From Escherichia coli (GTDB taxonomy: Bacteria; Pseudomonadota; Gammaproteobacteria; Enterobacterales; Enterobacteriaceae): a stretch of 64,000 nucleotides of DNA. A program made the position numbers and the translations under genes. The stretch lies in assembly GCF_013315695.1 (NCBI RefSeq), contig NZ_CP054353.1; one strand, written 5' to 3'. Every line of letters starts with the position of its first letter. The first letter of the stretch is position 1. Below, piece after piece: positions 38,335 to 52,850 of this stretch. The notes under the pieces were generated by a model. That model was not told where the DNA came from. It saw nothing but the letters and a program-made list of their open reading frames with translations, and did not search any database.

Positions 38335-39168
38335 TCAGCGTAAATGCACGCCGCTTCGCCTTCCCGCTACCAGAATAGCCTGCGATTCAACCCCTTCTTC
38401 GATCTGTTTTGCCACCCGTTGCAGCGCCGGAAGATGCTTTTCCGCTGCCTGTTCGATGGTCATTGCGCTCGCCATATACACCAGATTCAGACAGCCAATC
38501 ACCCGTTGTTCACTGCGCAGCGGTACGGCAATAGAGGCGATCTTATCTTCTTGATCCCAGCCGCGGTAGTTCTGTCCGTACCCCTCTTTGCGCGCGCGTG
38601 CCAGAATGGCTTCCAGCTTTAACGGTTCTCGTGCCAGTTGATAGTCATCACCGGGGCGGGAGGCTAACATCTCGATTAATTCCTTGCGTTCTTGTTCCGG
38701 GCAAAAGGCCAGCCAGGTCAGGCCCGAGGCGGTTTTCAGAAGCGGTAACCGTCGCCCGACCATTGCCCGGTGAAAAGATAAGCGGCTGAAACGATGGGTG
38801 GTTTCGCGTACCACCATTGCATCAACATCCAGGGTGGACACATCTGTCGGCCATACCACTTCGCGCAACAGATCGCCCAGCAGCGGGGCCGCCAGTGCAG
38901 AAATCCACTGTTCGTCACGAAATCCTTCGCTTAATTGCCGCACTTTGATGGTCAGACGAAAACTGTCATCGGAGGTACTGCGCCGGACATATCCCTCTTC
39001 CAGTAACGTCTCCAGCAGTCGCCGCACAGTGGTGCGATGCAGGCCGCTGAGTTCCGCCAGCAGCCCGACGCTGGCACCGCCGTCAAGTTTATTTAACATA
39101 TTTAATAACATTAGACCGCGGGTTAAGCCGCGCACGGTTTTGTATTCCGTCTGCTCATTGTTCTGCAT
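38335..39168 (-). CDS. mhpR: IclR-family activator MhpR
   Basis: Start at MQNNEQTEYKTVRGLTRGL gives 277 aa; the ORF extends 4 codons further to 39180. Confidence 0.9.
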   Translation of the reverse strand: MQNNEQTEYKTVRGLTRGLMLLNMLNKLDGGASVGLLAELSGLHRTTVRRLLETLLEEGYVRRSTSDDSFRLTIKVRQLSEGFRDEQWISALAAPLLGDLLREVVWPTDVSTLDVDAMVVRETTHRFSRLSFHRAMVGRRLPLLKTASGLTWLAFCPEQERKELIEMLASRPGDDYQLAREPLKLEAILARARKEGYGQNYRGWDQEDKIASIAVPLRSEQRVIGCLNLVYMASAMTIEQAAEKHLPALQRVAKQIEEGVESQAILVAGRRSGVHLR

Positions 39169-39358
39169 ATTAATTGACATTTATATAGTTAAAACAACGT
39201 TGTGCACCTGGTGCACATTCGGGCATGTTTTGATTGTAGCCGAAAACACCCTTCCTATACTGAGCGCACAATAAAAAATCATTTACATGTTTTTAACAAA
39301 ATAAGTTGCGCTGTACTGTGCGCGCAACGGCATTTTGTCCGAGTCGTGAGGTACTGAA

Positions 39359-41023
39359 ATGGCAATACAACACCCTGACATCCAGCCTGCTGTTAACCAT
39401 AGCGTTCAGGTGGCGATCGCTGGTGCCGGTCCGGTCGGGCTGATGATGGCGAACTATCTCGGCCAGATGGGCATTGACGTGCTGGTGGTGGAGAAACTCG
39501 ATAAGTTGATCGACTACCCGCGTGCGATTGGTATTGATGACGAGGCGCTGCGCACCATGCAGTCGGTTGGCCTGGTCGATAATGTTCTGCCGCACACTAC
39601 GCCGTGGCACGCGATGCGTTTTCTCACCCCAAAAGGTCGCTGTTTTGCTGATATTCAGCCAATGACCGATGAATTTGGCTGGCCGCGCCGTAACGCCTTT
39701 ATTCAGCCTCAGGTCGATGCGGTGATGCTGGAAGGATTGTCGCGTTTTCCGAATGTGCGCTGCCTGTTTTCCCGCGAGCTGGAGGCCTTCAGCCAGCAAG
39801 ATGACGAAGTGACCTTGCACCTGAAAACGGAAGAAGGGCAGCGGGAAACGGTCAAAGCCCAGTGGCTGGTGGCCTGTGATGGTGGGGCAAGTTTTGTCCG
39901 TCGCACCCTGAATGTGCCGTTTGAAGGTAAAACTGCGCCAAATCAGTGGATTGTGGTAGATATCGCCAACGATCCGTTAAGTACGCCGCATATCTATTTG
40001 TGTTGTGATCCGGTGCGCCCGTATGTTTCCGCCGCGCTGCCTCATGCGGTACGTCGCTTTGAATTTATGGTGATGCCGGGAGAAACCGAAGAACAGCTGC
40101 GTGAGCCGCAAAATATGCGCAAGCTGTTAAGCAAAGTGCTGCCTAATCCGGACAATGTTGAATTGATTCGCCAGCGTGTCTACACCCACAACGCGCGACT
40201 GGCGCAACGTTTTCGTATTGATCGCGTACTGCTGGCGGGCGATGCCGCGCACATCATGCCGGTGTGGCAGGGGCAGGGCTATAACAGTGGTATGCGCGAC
40301 GCCTTTAACCTCGCATGGAAACTGGCGTTGGTTATCCAGGGGAAAGCCCGCGATGCGCTGCTCGATACCTATCAACAAGAACGTCGCGATCACGCCAAAG
40401 CGATGATTGACCTGTCCGTGACGGCGGGCAACGTGCTGGCTCCGCCGAAACGCTGGCAGGGTACGTTACGTGACGGCGTTTCCTGGCTGTTGAATTATCT
40501 GCCGCCAGTAAAACGCTACTTCCTCGAAATGCGCTTCAAGCCGATGCCGCAATATTACGGCGGTGCGCTGGTGCGTGAGGGCGAAGCGAAGCACTCTCCG
40601 GTCGGCAAGATGTTTATTCAGCCGAAAGTCACGCTGGAAAACGGCGACGTGACGCTGCTCGATAACGCGATCGGCGCGAACTTCGCGGTAATTGGCTGGG
40701 GATGCAATCCACTGTGGGGGATGAGCGACGAGCAAATCCAGCAGTGGCGCGCGTTGGGCACTCGCTTCATTCAGGTGGTGCCGGAAGTGCAAATTCATAC
40801 CGCACAGGATAACCACGACGGCGTACTACGCGTGGGGGATACGCAAGGTCGCCTGCGTAGCTGGTTCGCGCAACACAATGCTTCGCTGGTGGTGATGCGC
40901 CCGGATCGCTTTGTTGCCGCCACCGCCATTCCGCAAACCTTGGGCAAGACCCTGAATAAACTGGCGTCGGTGATGACGCTGACCCGCCCTGATGCCGACG
41001 TTTCTGTCGAAAAGGTAGCCTGA
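39359..41023 (+). CDS. mhpA: 3-(3-hydroxyphenyl)propionate hydroxylase MhpA
   Basis: 554 aa, FAD-binding GAGPVG motif. Confidence 0.95.
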   Translation: MAIQHPDIQPAVNHSVQVAIAGAGPVGLMMANYLGQMGIDVLVVEKLDKLIDYPRAIGIDDEALRTMQSVGLVDNVLPHTTPWHAMRFLTPKGRCFADIQPMTDEFGWPRRNAFIQPQVDAVMLEGLSRFPNVRCLFSRELEAFSQQDDEVTLHLKTEEGQRETVKAQWLVACDGGASFVRRTLNVPFEGKTAPNQWIVVDIANDPLSTPHIYLCCDPVRPYVSAALPHAVRRFEFMVMPGETEEQLREPQNMRKLLSKVLPNPDNVELIRQRVYTHNARLAQRFRIDRVLLAGDAAHIMPVWQGQGYNSGMRDAFNLAWKLALVIQGKARDALLDTYQQERRDHAKAMIDLSVTAGNVLAPPKRWQGTLRDGVSWLLNYLPPVKRYFLEMRFKPMPQYYGGALVREGEAKHSPVGKMFIQPKVTLENGDVTLLDNAIGANFAVIGWGCNPLWGMSDEQIQQWRALGTRFIQVVPEVQIHTAQDNHDGVLRVGDTQGRLRSWFAQHNASLVVMRPDRFVAATAIPQTLGKTLNKLASVMTLTRPDADVSVEKVA

Positions 41024-41024
41024 T

Positions 41025-41969
41025 ATGCACGCTTATCTTCACTGTCTTTCCCACTCGCCGCTGGTGGGATATGTCGACCCGGCGCAAGAGGTACTCGATG
41101 AGGTCAATGGCGTGATTGCCAGCGCCCGCGAGCGTATTGCGGCTTTCTCCCCTGAACTGGTGGTGCTGTTTGCGCCAGATCACTACAACGGCTTTTTCTA
41201 TGACGTGATGCCACCGTTCTGTTTAGGCGTTGGAGCGACGGCAATTGGTGATTTCGGCAGTGCGGCAGGTGAGCTGCCCGTGCCTGTGGAGCTGGCGGAG
41301 GCCTGTGCGCATGCCGTCATGAAGAGCGGGATCGATCTTGCCGTTTCTTACTGTATGCAGGTGGACCACGGGTTCGCCCAGCCGCTGGAGTTCCTGCTCG
41401 GTGGGCTGGATAAGGTGCCAGTACTGCCGGTGTTCATCAACGGTGTCGCCACGCCGCTGCCCGGTTTCCAGCGTACCCGCATGTTGGGGGAAGCCATTGG
41501 ACGTTTCACCAGTACTCTCAATAAACGCGTGCTGTTCCTTGGGTCCGGTGGGCTTTCCCATCAGCCGCCGGTGCCCGAACTGGCGAAAGCCGATGCCCAT
41601 ATGCGCGACCGTCTGTTGGGGAGCGGGAAAGATTTACCCGCCAGTGAGCGCGAATTGCGTCAGCAACGGGTGATTAGCGCCGCTGAGAAGTTTGTTGAGG
41701 ATCAGAGAACGCTGCATCCGCTCAACCCGATTTGGGATAACCAGTTCATGACTTTGCTGGAGCAGGGACGCATACAGGAACTGGATGCCGTCAGTAACGA
41801 AGAGCTTTCCGCCATTGCCGGAAAGTCGACACATGAAATCAAAACCTGGGTCGCCGCTTTTGCCGCTATTTCTGCGTTTGGCAACTGGCGTAGCGAAGGG
41901 CGTTATTACCGCCCAATCCCGGAGTGGATTGCCGGATTTGGCTCGTTAAGCGCCAGAACAGAGAACTGA
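41025..41969 (+). CDS. mhpB: Extradiol dioxygenase MhpB
   Basis: 314 aa, next in the operon. Confidence 0.95.
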
Positions 41970-41986
41970 ATATGCAGGAGAAGATG

Positions 41987-42853
41987 ATGAGTTATCAGCC
42001 ACAAACCGAAGCCGCCACCAGCCGTTTTCTGAATGTAGAAGAAGCGGGTAAAACGCTGCGCATCCATTTTAATGACTGCGGACAAGGCGACGAAACTGTT
42101 GTCCTGCTGCATGGTTCCGGCCCGGGTGCTACTGGCTGGGCGAACTTCAGCCGCAATATCGATCCGCTGGTAGAGGCGGGCTATCGGGTGATCCTGCTGG
42201 ATTGTCCGGGTTGGGGCAAGAGCGATTCGATCGTTAATAGTGGTTCGCGATCGGATCTTAATGCACGAATCCTGAAAAGCGTGGTGGATCAACTGGATAT
42301 CGCCAAAATCCACCTGCTGGGCAACTCGATGGGCGGCCACAGTTCTGTGGCGTTCACCCTTAACTGGCCGGAGCGCGTCGGCAAACTGGTGCTGATGGGC
42401 GGCGGTACGGGCGGCATGAGTTTGTTTACGCCGATGCCAACCGAAGGTATTAAGCGACTGAATCAGCTTTATCGTCAGCCGACTATCGAAAACCTGAAGC
42501 TGATGATGGATATCTTCGTTTTTGATACCTGCGATTTGACCGACGCCCTGTTTGAAGCGCGTCTGAATAATATGCTGTCGCGCCGCGATCACCTGGAAAA
42601 CTTCGTTAAGAGCCTGGAAGCCAATCCGAAACAGTTCCCGGATTTTGGCCCACGTCTGGCGGAAATCAAAGCGCAAACCCTGATTGTCTGGGGGCGCAAC
42701 GACCGCTTTGTGCCGATGGATGCGGGTCTGCGTCTGCTGTCCGGCATTGCCGGTTCTGAACTGCATATCTTCCGCGACTGTGGTCACTGGGCGCAGTGGG
42801 AACATGCCGACGCTTTCAATCAACTGGTGCTGAATTTCCTCGCACGCCCTTAA
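41987..42853 (+). CDS. mhpC: Alpha/beta hydrolase MhpC
   Basis: Start at [19 protein letters not shown] gives 288 aa; GNSMGG nucleophile elbow. In-frame ATGs also at 41972 and 41984. Confidence 0.9.
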   Translation: MSYQPQTEAATSRFLNVEEAGKTLRIHFNDCGQGDETVVLLHGSGPGATGWANFSRNIDPLVEAGYRVILLDCPGWGKSDSIVNSGSRSDLNARILKSVVDQLDIAKIHLLGNSMGGHSSVAFTLNWPERVGKLVLMGGGTGGMSLFTPMPTEGIKRLNQLYRQPTIENLKLMMDIFVFDTCDLTDALFEARLNNMLSRRDHLENFVKSLEANPKQFPDFGPRLAEIKAQTLIVWGRNDRFVPMDAGLRLLSGIAGSELHIFRDCGHWAQWEHADAFNQLVLNFLARP

Positions 42854-44615
<1,762 letters not shown>

Positions 44616-44619
<4 letters not shown>

Positions 44620-45629
44620 ACGGTAAAAAACTTTATATCTCGGACGTCACGTTGCGTGACGGTATGCACGCCATTCGTCATCAGTATTCGCTGGAAAACG
44701 TTCGCCAGATTGCCAAAGCACTGGACGATGCCCGCGTGGATTCGATTGAAGTGGCCCACGGCGACGGTTTACAAGGTTCCAGCTTTAACTATGGTTTCGG
44801 CGCACATAGCGACCTTGAATGGATTGAAGCGGCGGCGGATGTGGTGAAGCACGCCAAAATCGCGACGTTGTTGCTGCCTGGAATCGGCACTATTCACGAT
44901 TTGAAAAATGCCTGGCAGGCTGGCGCGCGGGTGGTTCGTGTGGCAACGCACTGTACCGAAGCTGATGTTTCCGCCCAGCATATTCAGTATGCCCGCGAGC
45001 TCGGAATGGACACCGTTGGTTTTCTGATGATGAGCCATATGACCACGCCGGAGAATCTCGCAAAGCAGGCAAAGCTGATGGAAGGCTACGGTGCGACCTG
45101 TATTTATGTGGTGGATTCTGGCGGTGCGATGAACATGAGCGATATCCGCGACCGTTTCCGCGCCCTGAAAGCGGTGCTGAAACCGGAAACGCAAACTGGC
45201 ATGCATGCTCACCATAACCTGAGTCTTGGTGTGGCGAACTCTATCGCGGCGGTGGAAGAGGGCTGTGACCGCATCGATGCCAGTCTCGCGGGAATGGGGG
45301 CGGGCGCAGGTAACGCGCCGCTGGAAGTGTTTATTGCTGCCGCGGATAAACTGGGTTGGCAGCATGGGACCGATCTCTATGCGTTAATGGATGCCGCTGA
45401 CGACCTGGTGCGTCCGTTGCAGGATCGACCGGTACGAGTCGATCGCGAAACGCTGGCGCTGGGATACGCTGGTGTTTACTCGAGCTTCCTGCGTCACTGT
45501 GAAACGGCGGCGGCGCGTTATGGCTTAAGCGCGGTGGATATTCTCGTTGAGCTGGGCAAACGCCGGATGGTTGGCGGCCAGGAGGATATGATCGTCGACG
45601 TGGCGCTGGATCTGCGCAACAACAAATAA
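44616..45629 (+). CDS. mhpE: 4-hydroxy-2-oxovalerate aldolase MhpE
   Basis: 337 aa. Confidence 0.95.
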
Positions 45630-45677
45630 TGATGATTGCCGAGAACGTGCATTTTGTATGCCCATCCCAGCACGACT

Positions 45678-45711
<34 letters not shown>

Positions 45712-45804
45712 ATTTCGCCCGTAGGCAGTCATTAAATGGTTCTGATTACGCGGCTGGCAATGTATCAGCCGCGATTCACCTGCACTCGCAACGAGGTTCA
45801 TCTT

Positions 45805-47016
45805 ATGTCGACTCGTACCCCTTCATCATCTTCAACCCGCCTGATGCTGACCATCGGGCTTTGTTTTTTGGTCGCTCTGATGGAAGGACTGGATCTTCAG
45901 GCGGCTGGCATTGCGGCGGGGGGCATCGCCCAGGCTTTCGCACTCGATAAAATGCAAATGGGCTGGATATTCAGCGCCGGAATACTCGGTTTGCTACCCG
46001 GCGCGCTGGTTGGCGGGATGCTGGCGGACCGTTATGGTCGTAAGCGTATTTTAATTAGCTCAGTTGCGCTGTTTGGTTTGTTCTCACTGGCAACGGCGAT
46101 TGCCTGGGATTTTCCCTCGCTGGTCTTTGCGCGGCTGATGACCGGTGTCGGGCTGGGGGCGGCGTTGCCGAATCTGATCGCCCTGACGTCTGAAGCCGCG
46201 GGTCCACGTTTTCGTGGGACGGCAGTGAGCCTGATGTATTGCGGTGTTCCCATTGGCGCGGCGCTGGCGGCGACACTGGGTTTCGCGGGGGCAAACTTAG
46301 CATGGCAAACGGTGTTTTGGGTAGGTGGTGTGGTGCCGTTGATTCTGGTGCCGCTATTAATGCGCTGGCTGCCGGAGTCGGCGGTGTTCGCTGGCGAAAA
46401 ACAGGCTGCGCCACCACTGCGTGCGTTATTTGCGCCAGAAACGGCCACCGCGACGCTGCTGCTGTGGTTGTGTTATTTCTTCACTCTGCTGGTGGTCTAC
46501 ATGTTGATCAACTGGCTACCGCTGCTTTTGGTGGAGCAAGGATTCCAGCCATCGCAGGCGGCAGGGGTGATGTTTGCACTGCAAATGGGGGCGGCAAGCG
46601 GGACGTTAATGTTGGGCGCATTGATGGATAAGCTGCGTCCAGTAACCATGTCGCTACTGATTTATAGCGGCATGTTAGCTTCGCTGCTGGCGCTGGGAAC
46701 GGTGTCGTCATTTAACGGTATGTTGCTGGCGGGATTCGTCGCGGGGTTGTTTGCGACAGGTGGGCAAAGCGTTTTGTATGCCCTGGCACCGTTGTTTTAC
46801 AGTTCGCAGATCCGCGCAACAGGTGTGGGAACAGCCGTGGCGGTAGGGCGTCTGGGGGCTATGAGCGGTCCGTTACTGGCCGGGAAAATGCTGGCATTAG
46901 GCACTGGCACGGTTGGCGTAATGGCCGCTTCTGCGCCGGGTATTCTTGTTGCCGGCCTGGCAGTGTTTATTTTGATGAGCCGGAGATCACGAATGCAGCC
47001 GTGTGCAGATGCCTGA
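45805..47016 (+). CDS. mhpT: MFS transporter MhpT
   Basis: Start at MSTRTPSSSSTRLMLTIG gives 403 aa. Confidence 0.9.
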   Translation: MSTRTPSSSSTRLMLTIGLCFLVALMEGLDLQAAGIAAGGIAQAFALDKMQMGWIFSAGILGLLPGALVGGMLADRYGRKRILISSVALFGLFSLATAIAWDFPSLVFARLMTGVGLGAALPNLIALTSEAAGPRFRGTAVSLMYCGVPIGAALAATLGFAGANLAWQTVFWVGGVVPLILVPLLMRWLPESAVFAGEKQAAPPLRALFAPETATATLLLWLCYFFTLLVVYMLINWLPLLLVEQGFQPSQAAGVMFALQMGAASGTLMLGALMDKLRPVTMSLLIYSGMLASLLALGTVSSFNGMLLAGFVAGLFATGGQSVLYALAPLFYSSQIRATGVGTAVAVGRLGAMSGPLLAGKMLALGTGTVGVMAASAPGILVAGLAVFILMSRRSRMQPCADA

Positions 47017-47117
47017 CGCGCCTTATTAAGCAGGGGCGAAAGGGACTTCCCCCCAATACACCTACGGCGTTTACAGGTATACTCGCTAAAAATTATTCAG
47101 CGGGTTTGGAAACAAAG

Positions 47118-47657
47118 ATGGCAAAACTTACCTTACAAGAGCAGTTGCTCAAAGCAGGATTAGTCACCAGCAAAAAAGCGGCGAAGGTCGAGAGAACGGC
47201 GAAAAAATCGCGCGTTCAGGCGCGTGAAGCTCGGGCGGCGGTAGAAGAAAATAAAAAGGCACAGCTTGAGCGTGATAAACAGCTTAGCGAGCAACAAAAA
47301 CAAGCGGCGTTGGCGAAAGAATATAAAGCCCAGGTGAAGCAGCTCATTGAAATGAACCGAATTACCATTGCCAATGGCGATATTGGTTTTAACTTCACTG
47401 ACGGCAATCTGATTAAGAAGATTTTTGTCGATAAGCTCACGCAAACGCAGTTGATTAATGGTCGTCTGGCTATTGCCCGCTTGTTGGTCGATAACAATAG
47501 TGAGGGTGAATACGCCATTATTCCCGCCAGCGTTGCCGATAAAATTGCTCAGCGTGATGCCAGCAGTATTGTGTTGCACAGCGCGCTCAGCGCCGAAGAG
47601 CAGGATGAAGACGATCCGTATGCCGACTTCAAAGTGCCTGATGATTTAATGTGGTAA
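47118..47657 (+). CDS. yaiL: Conserved protein YaiL
   Basis: Start at MAKLTLQEQLLKAGLV gives 179 aa. Confidence 0.85.
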   Translation: MAKLTLQEQLLKAGLVTSKKAAKVERTAKKSRVQAREARAAVEENKKAQLERDKQLSEQQKQAALAKEYKAQVKQLIEMNRITIANGDIGFNFTDGNLIKKIFVDKLTQTQLINGRLAIARLLVDNNSEGEYAIIPASVADKIAQRDASSIVLHSALSAEEQDEDDPYADFKVPDDLMW

Positions 47658-47674
47658 ACATAGATAAGTCGTGC

Positions 47675-47775
47675 GCAGATGCCTGATGCGACGCTATGCG
47701 TCTTATCATGCCTACAAATTCCCGCGCCATCCGGAGGCCGGATAAGGCGTTCACGCCGCATCCGGCAGTCGTGCA
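47675..47775. repeat. REP cluster (BIME-like) between yaiL and frmB
   Basis: Two REP-like palindromes in opposite orientation (GCCTGATGCGACGCTATGCGTCTTATCATGCCTAC and GCCGGATAAGGCGTTCACGCCGCATCCGGCAG). Confidence 0.8.
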
Positions 47776-47781
47776 CTATTA

Positions 47782-48615
47782 TTAACGCATATTCAGTTTA
47801 TTGGCGTGGTACGCAATATGCTCGCCAATAAAACTGGAGACAAAATAATAGCTGTGATCATAACCCTCGTGATAACGGATTAACGTCTTGATATTCATCT
47901 CCTGGCAGATCTTTTCAAGATTTGGAGTCCGCAGCTGTTCTGCGTAAAAATCATCACTCAACCCCTGATCAACCATTATTTCCGCAACGCGTTGACCTTG
48001 TGAAATAAGACTCACCGGGTCGTAATCCAACCAGGCTTCTTTATTTTCACCAAGATATGCGGTAAAGGCTTGCTGTCCCCACGGTACTTGCGATGGGGAG
48101 ACAATGGGCGAAAACGCCGAGACGCTGACATATTCATCTGGGTTACGTAACGCCAGCAACAGCGCGCCCAGCCCGCCCATAGAATGACCTGAGATAGACT
48201 TTCTGGTCGTTGCCGGAAAATGTTGCATCACTAAATCCGGCAGCTCGTTGTGGATATAATCATACATTTTGTAATGTTCATTCCACGGCGCTTGCGTTGC
48301 GTTCAGGTAAAACCCGGCACCTTGCCCGAGATCGTAACGGTCGGCATCTGCGACATGACTGCCTCGCGGACTGGTGTCTGGCGCAACAACAATAATGTTG
48401 TGCTCCGCCGCGTAACGTTGCATCCCCGATTTAGTAATGAAATTCTGCTCGTTGCAGGTCAGGCCCGAAAGCCAGTACAGCACCGGTAATTTTTCATTCC
48501 CGGCTTTTGGTGGGAGATAGACGCCGACATTCATTTCACATTTCAGTGATTGGGAATAATGCCGATACACATTTTGCCAGCCGCCAAAGCTGGCATGTTT
48601 TTCAATGAGTTCCAT
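47782..48615 (-). CDS. frmB: S-formylglutathione hydrolase FrmB
   Basis: 277-aa esterase with GHSMGG motif. Confidence 0.95.
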   Translation of the reverse strand: MELIEKHASFGGWQNVYRHYSQSLKCEMNVGVYLPPKAGNEKLPVLYWLSGLTCNEQNFITKSGMQRYAAEHNIIVVAPDTSPRGSHVADADRYDLGQGAGFYLNATQAPWNEHYKMYDYIHNELPDLVMQHFPATTRKSISGHSMGGLGALLLALRNPDEYVSVSAFSPIVSPSQVPWGQQAFTAYLGENKEAWLDYDPVSLISQGQRVAEIMVDQGLSDDFYAEQLRTPNLEKICQEMNIKTLIRYHEGYDHSYYFVSSFIGEHIAYHANKLNMR

Positions 48616-48706
48616 CAGTCATTATCTCACGGTTAATCCCCCGGGCGGCTGCCCGGGGAGAGTATTAAGAACCCCGTCTGAACTGGACGGGTAAACCTGC
48701 GGGAAA

Positions 48707-49846
<1,140 letters not shown>

Positions 49847-49850
49847 TCAG

Positions 49851-50126
49851 CTATTTAAGATAGGCACGAACCAGTTCAATAGTGTCGTCAACGGATTGGC
49901 TGACTTCGCGGCTGTAGCAGTCATTTCGGTCAAACGTTTCCCGGATATGGCTTTCAAGCACTTCTGCCATCAGCCCGTTAGCCGCGCCCCGAACGGCAGC
50001 GATCTGTTGGAGTATGGCACGGCATTCGGCATCACTCTCCAGCGACCGTTCCAGAGCATCAATCTGCCCCCGAATACGACGAACTCGAGTAAGGACCTTT
50101 TTCTTCTCTTCCGGAGTACTGGGCAT
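49851..50126 (-). CDS. frmR: Formaldehyde-responsive repressor FrmR
   Basis: Start at [30 protein letters not shown] gives 91 aa. Confidence 0.9.
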   Translation of the reverse strand: MPSTPEEKKKVLTRVRRIRGQIDALERSLESDAECRAILQQIAAVRGAANGLMAEVLESHIRETFDRNDCYSREVSQSVDDTIELVRAYLK

Positions 50127-50150
50127 TTCGCACCTCATCATCTGCACGCA

Positions 50151-50204
50151 ATATACTATAGGGGGGTATGCTATATGTCAATGCATACTCCCCTATAGTA
50201 TATA
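50151..50204. promoter_or_regulatory. Palindromic operator upstream of frmRAB
   Basis: Inverted repeat ATATACTATAGGGGGG ... CCCCTATAGTATAT around a central TATGC...GCATA palindrome, directly upstream of the frmR start. Confidence 0.75.
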
Positions 50205-50310
50205 ACACTGGAGAATAAAATTTATCCGGTGAATGTAGTCGGATAACAAAAAGGAAAGAGGGGCCTAATCGACAGGGAAGGCCGCCCCGGATAGCGGGCG
50301 GCAGAAGGAA

Positions 50311-51084
50311 TTAGAATTTCCAGGTCAGATGGGCTGCAAGTTGCAGACCGTTATAATCATCGGTTGGGGTGTCGTACCACACTTTACCTGCCGTCAGCCC
50401 GAGATTAAGTTGCTCAGTCAGCGGTTGAATACGTTGCAAACTGACGCTCTTCATGCTGCCGTAGCGTGTTTCTGGCGTCCAGTCATAGGTGTAAGCGCCT
50501 GTTCCGCGGCTTAGCCATAGTTGCGTATAACCAGTGCCGCGCGGGTCATTCAGACGCACGGAAATCATATTGCTGTAACTACCACCTGCATCGCTGGAGT
50601 CATAATGGGTATAGCGGTAGCTGGAGATCACCGGGCCAGTATAGAGTGATACGCCGCCTTGCCAGGCATCGACTTCGACATCATCGTAATATTTAGTGTA
50701 GCGATAACCGGTCGTGAAAAGCGTTTTTGGCAACAGGGCCAGGTTAATATCCTGACGAAAATCCTGGCGGGCAAAGACCGGCGTATTATCCGCAAAGGCA
50801 ATACCCGTTCGGGTTGTCAGCCAGTTATTCCATTTGTACCAGACTGCACCCTGGCCGCGAGTGGCATTGAAATGTTCAGTTTCATAATCACGACGCCCCT
50901 GGGAAAGATTAAAAAGCAGCGTTGCGTTTTCAACTTTCGCCACCAGTTCAGCATACGCTAAATTACGGTTGCCATGATCGCCAGAATAATCGGTAAAATC
51001 GTAGCCCGCGGTAATGGAAGTTAACCCGGCATAAGCGGGCAATGTGCTAAAAATTGCTGCCGCTAATAACGTCCGTTTTATCAT
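50311..51084 (-). CDS. yaiO: Outer-membrane protein YaiO
   Basis: 257 aa with signal peptide and aromatic-rich C-terminal end ...LAAHLTWKF. Confidence 0.9.
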   Translation of the reverse strand: MIKRTLLAAAIFSTLPAYAGLTSITAGYDFTDYSGDHGNRNLAYAELVAKVENATLLFNLSQGRRDYETEHFNATRGQGAVWYKWNNWLTTRTGIAFADNTPVFARQDFRQDINLALLPKTLFTTGYRYTKYYDDVEVDAWQGGVSLYTGPVISSYRYTHYDSSDAGGSYSNMISVRLNDPRGTGYTQLWLSRGTGAYTYDWTPETRYGSMKSVSLQRIQPLTEQLNLGLTAGKVWYDTPTDDYNGLQLAAHLTWKF

Positions 51085-51085
51085 T

Positions 51086-51796
51086 TTAATCTCCTGTACG
51101 GATAAGTTCTTGTCGGAGTGAATAAGTTCCGGTAGGTAAATTACGTTCTACAATCACGCGCGGGCCAAGTTGCGTGTTCGGGGAAATAATTCGCCCAGGC
51201 AAAATAATAACTTGTACGCCAAGGCGTGAACGCTGTCCGATATAACAACCTAATTTATCGCATCCGGTAGCGATAATTCCCTCTGGAGTTCGAACAGACA
51301 CGGGCTGTTCATCCAGACGATGATTACTGGTACGTACTTGTGCGCCCAAATATGCCTGGTTTGCGACTACCGAGTCGGCAATAAAACATTGCGGACCAAT
51401 CGTTGCTTCCGCTTCAATAACCGCATTTTTAATTTCGGTGGCGAAACCAATTTTTACGCCATTGCTGATTATTGTGCCAGGACGAATAAACGCATAATTA
51501 CCTATCAGGCAGTTTGCGCCAATCACTACCGGACCCTGAATAACGGCACCGTGACAAATACGGGTATTCGCGCCGATAACAACTTCACCTGCAGTTTCAT
51601 CAATAATTACCTGGTCTGCAATCTGAATATTTTTCTCTTTAACATTAAGCTTCAGAAAGTTTTTCAGTTCCTGTGACAGAAGGTTGGGAATAAGCGGTTG
51701 ACGCTTCCACCAGTGCGGAATAGCGGGTGGGTTTGTCGCGCTGAGGTTCGCGTCCAGTAAAAAAGGCAATAAGTCCATAAATAATCCAGATGGCAT
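51086..51796 (-). CDS. yaiX: Hexapeptide-repeat (left-handed beta-helix) acyltransferase, yaiX-like, uninterrupted
   Basis: 236-aa ORF with repeated [LIV]-G-x-x-x-x hexapeptides; start uncertain because the ORF overlaps the yaiP 3' end by about 150 nt. Confidence 0.75.
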   Translation of the reverse strand: MPSGLFMDLLPFLLDANLSATNPPAIPHWWKRQPLIPNLLSQELKNFLKLNVKEKNIQIADQVIIDETAGEVVIGANTRICHGAVIQGPVVIGANCLIGNYAFIRPGTIISNGVKIGFATEIKNAVIEAEATIGPQCFIADSVVANQAYLGAQVRTSNHRLDEQPVSVRTPEGIIATGCDKLGCYIGQRSRLGVQVIILPGRIISPNTQLGPRVIVERNLPTGTYSLRQELIRTGD

Positions 51797-52841
51797 AAGC
51801 TAATAATACATACACAACGGAAAGCGGCGCTAAAGGCACCAACAACCAGCAACGATGAAACCAGGCGCTAAAAGCACCAATAACACAAACTACGCCGACC
51901 CAGATAAGCGGAAACATTGCCAACACCACACTATGCGGCCCGGTGGTGATGAATTCATTAAACCAGGTAGTGAGATAAATCCCAACGCCATAAAGCACAA
52001 CCAACAGCATAGGAAATATACTGAAGATACCGAAGCGGCTAAATAAAAGTCTTTTATGCAGGCGCATACAGACCGCGTAGCCCACAATCCAACGCCGCCA
52101 GCGACGCCATTCCTCACGCGGGCTGTTGCATTCCTGTGGGTATACGATGCAGCGATTCGCCTGCCGAATACGATAGCCGTTTGCCACCAATGTCCAGGTG
52201 AGATCAAGGTCTTCGACTTTAGTACGATCAGAGAAACCGAACTTACGCAATACATCAGTACGGAACATCCCGCAGGCACCGCTGATAATAAACGGTGCGC
52301 CGCCCAGGAGCTGCTGTAGCGTGCGCTTCATAACAATCATCGGCAACTTTACGGTCGCGCGGATGTGCGGTAACAGACCCGCGCCTTTCAACGCAGTAGA
52401 GGGAATGCCGCCTACGGCATCAGCACCGCGCTCTATTTCTGCCAGCATATAGCCCATTCCGTCTTGATCGGGCGGAACATAGGTGTCGGCATCACTTAAA
52501 AAAACCTGGTCGCAGGTGGCGTAATTGAGGCCATTCATCAGCGCACCACCTTTACCGGTATTTTTTTGCGTGACGGCAATAAAGCGGTCGCCCCATTTGC
52601 GTTTGACTTCCGCCATGACCGCTTCGGTATTGTCCGTGGAGCCGTCGTTAACGCAAATTACCCGGCAAAAATAAGGGTTACGCAGCAGATTATCCAGTGA
52701 CTGCGCCAGACACGGGCCTTCGTTATAAGCAGGTATAATGGCGTCAATACAGCCTTTTTTTTGGCTGGGCTTACGCCTTAACGTACTCAGGAACCATAGC
52801 AATATTGCTACGGCCATACAGATAAATATCCAGGTTTTCAT
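51645..52841 (-). CDS. yaiP: Family 2 glycosyltransferase YaiP
   Basis: 398 aa, GT-A N-terminal domain and C-terminal TM segments. Confidence 0.85.
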   Translation of the reverse strand: MKTWIFICMAVAILLWFLSTLRRKPSQKKGCIDAIIPAYNEGPCLAQSLDNLLRNPYFCRVICVNDGSTDNTEAVMAEVKRKWGDRFIAVTQKNTGKGGALMNGLNYATCDQVFLSDADTYVPPDQDGMGYMLAEIERGADAVGGIPSTALKGAGLLPHIRATVKLPMIVMKRTLQQLLGGAPFIISGACGMFRTDVLRKFGFSDRTKVEDLDLTWTLVANGYRIRQANRCIVYPQECNSPREEWRRWRRWIVGYAVCMRLHKRLLFSRFGIFSIFPMLLVVLYGVGIYLTTWFNEFITTGPHSVVLAMFPLIWVGVVCVIGAFSAWFHRCWLLVPLAPLSVVYVLLAYAIWIIYGLIAFFTGREPQRDKPTRYSALVEASTAYSQPSVTGTEKLSEA

Positions 52842-52850
52842 GCAATTTGC

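Noticed and set aside
41924..42853. Extended mhpC start at 41924 (ORF-track start)
   Set aside because: This would overlap the 3' end of mhpB by about 45 nt; the conserved N-terminus [11 protein letters not shown] begins at ATG 41987.
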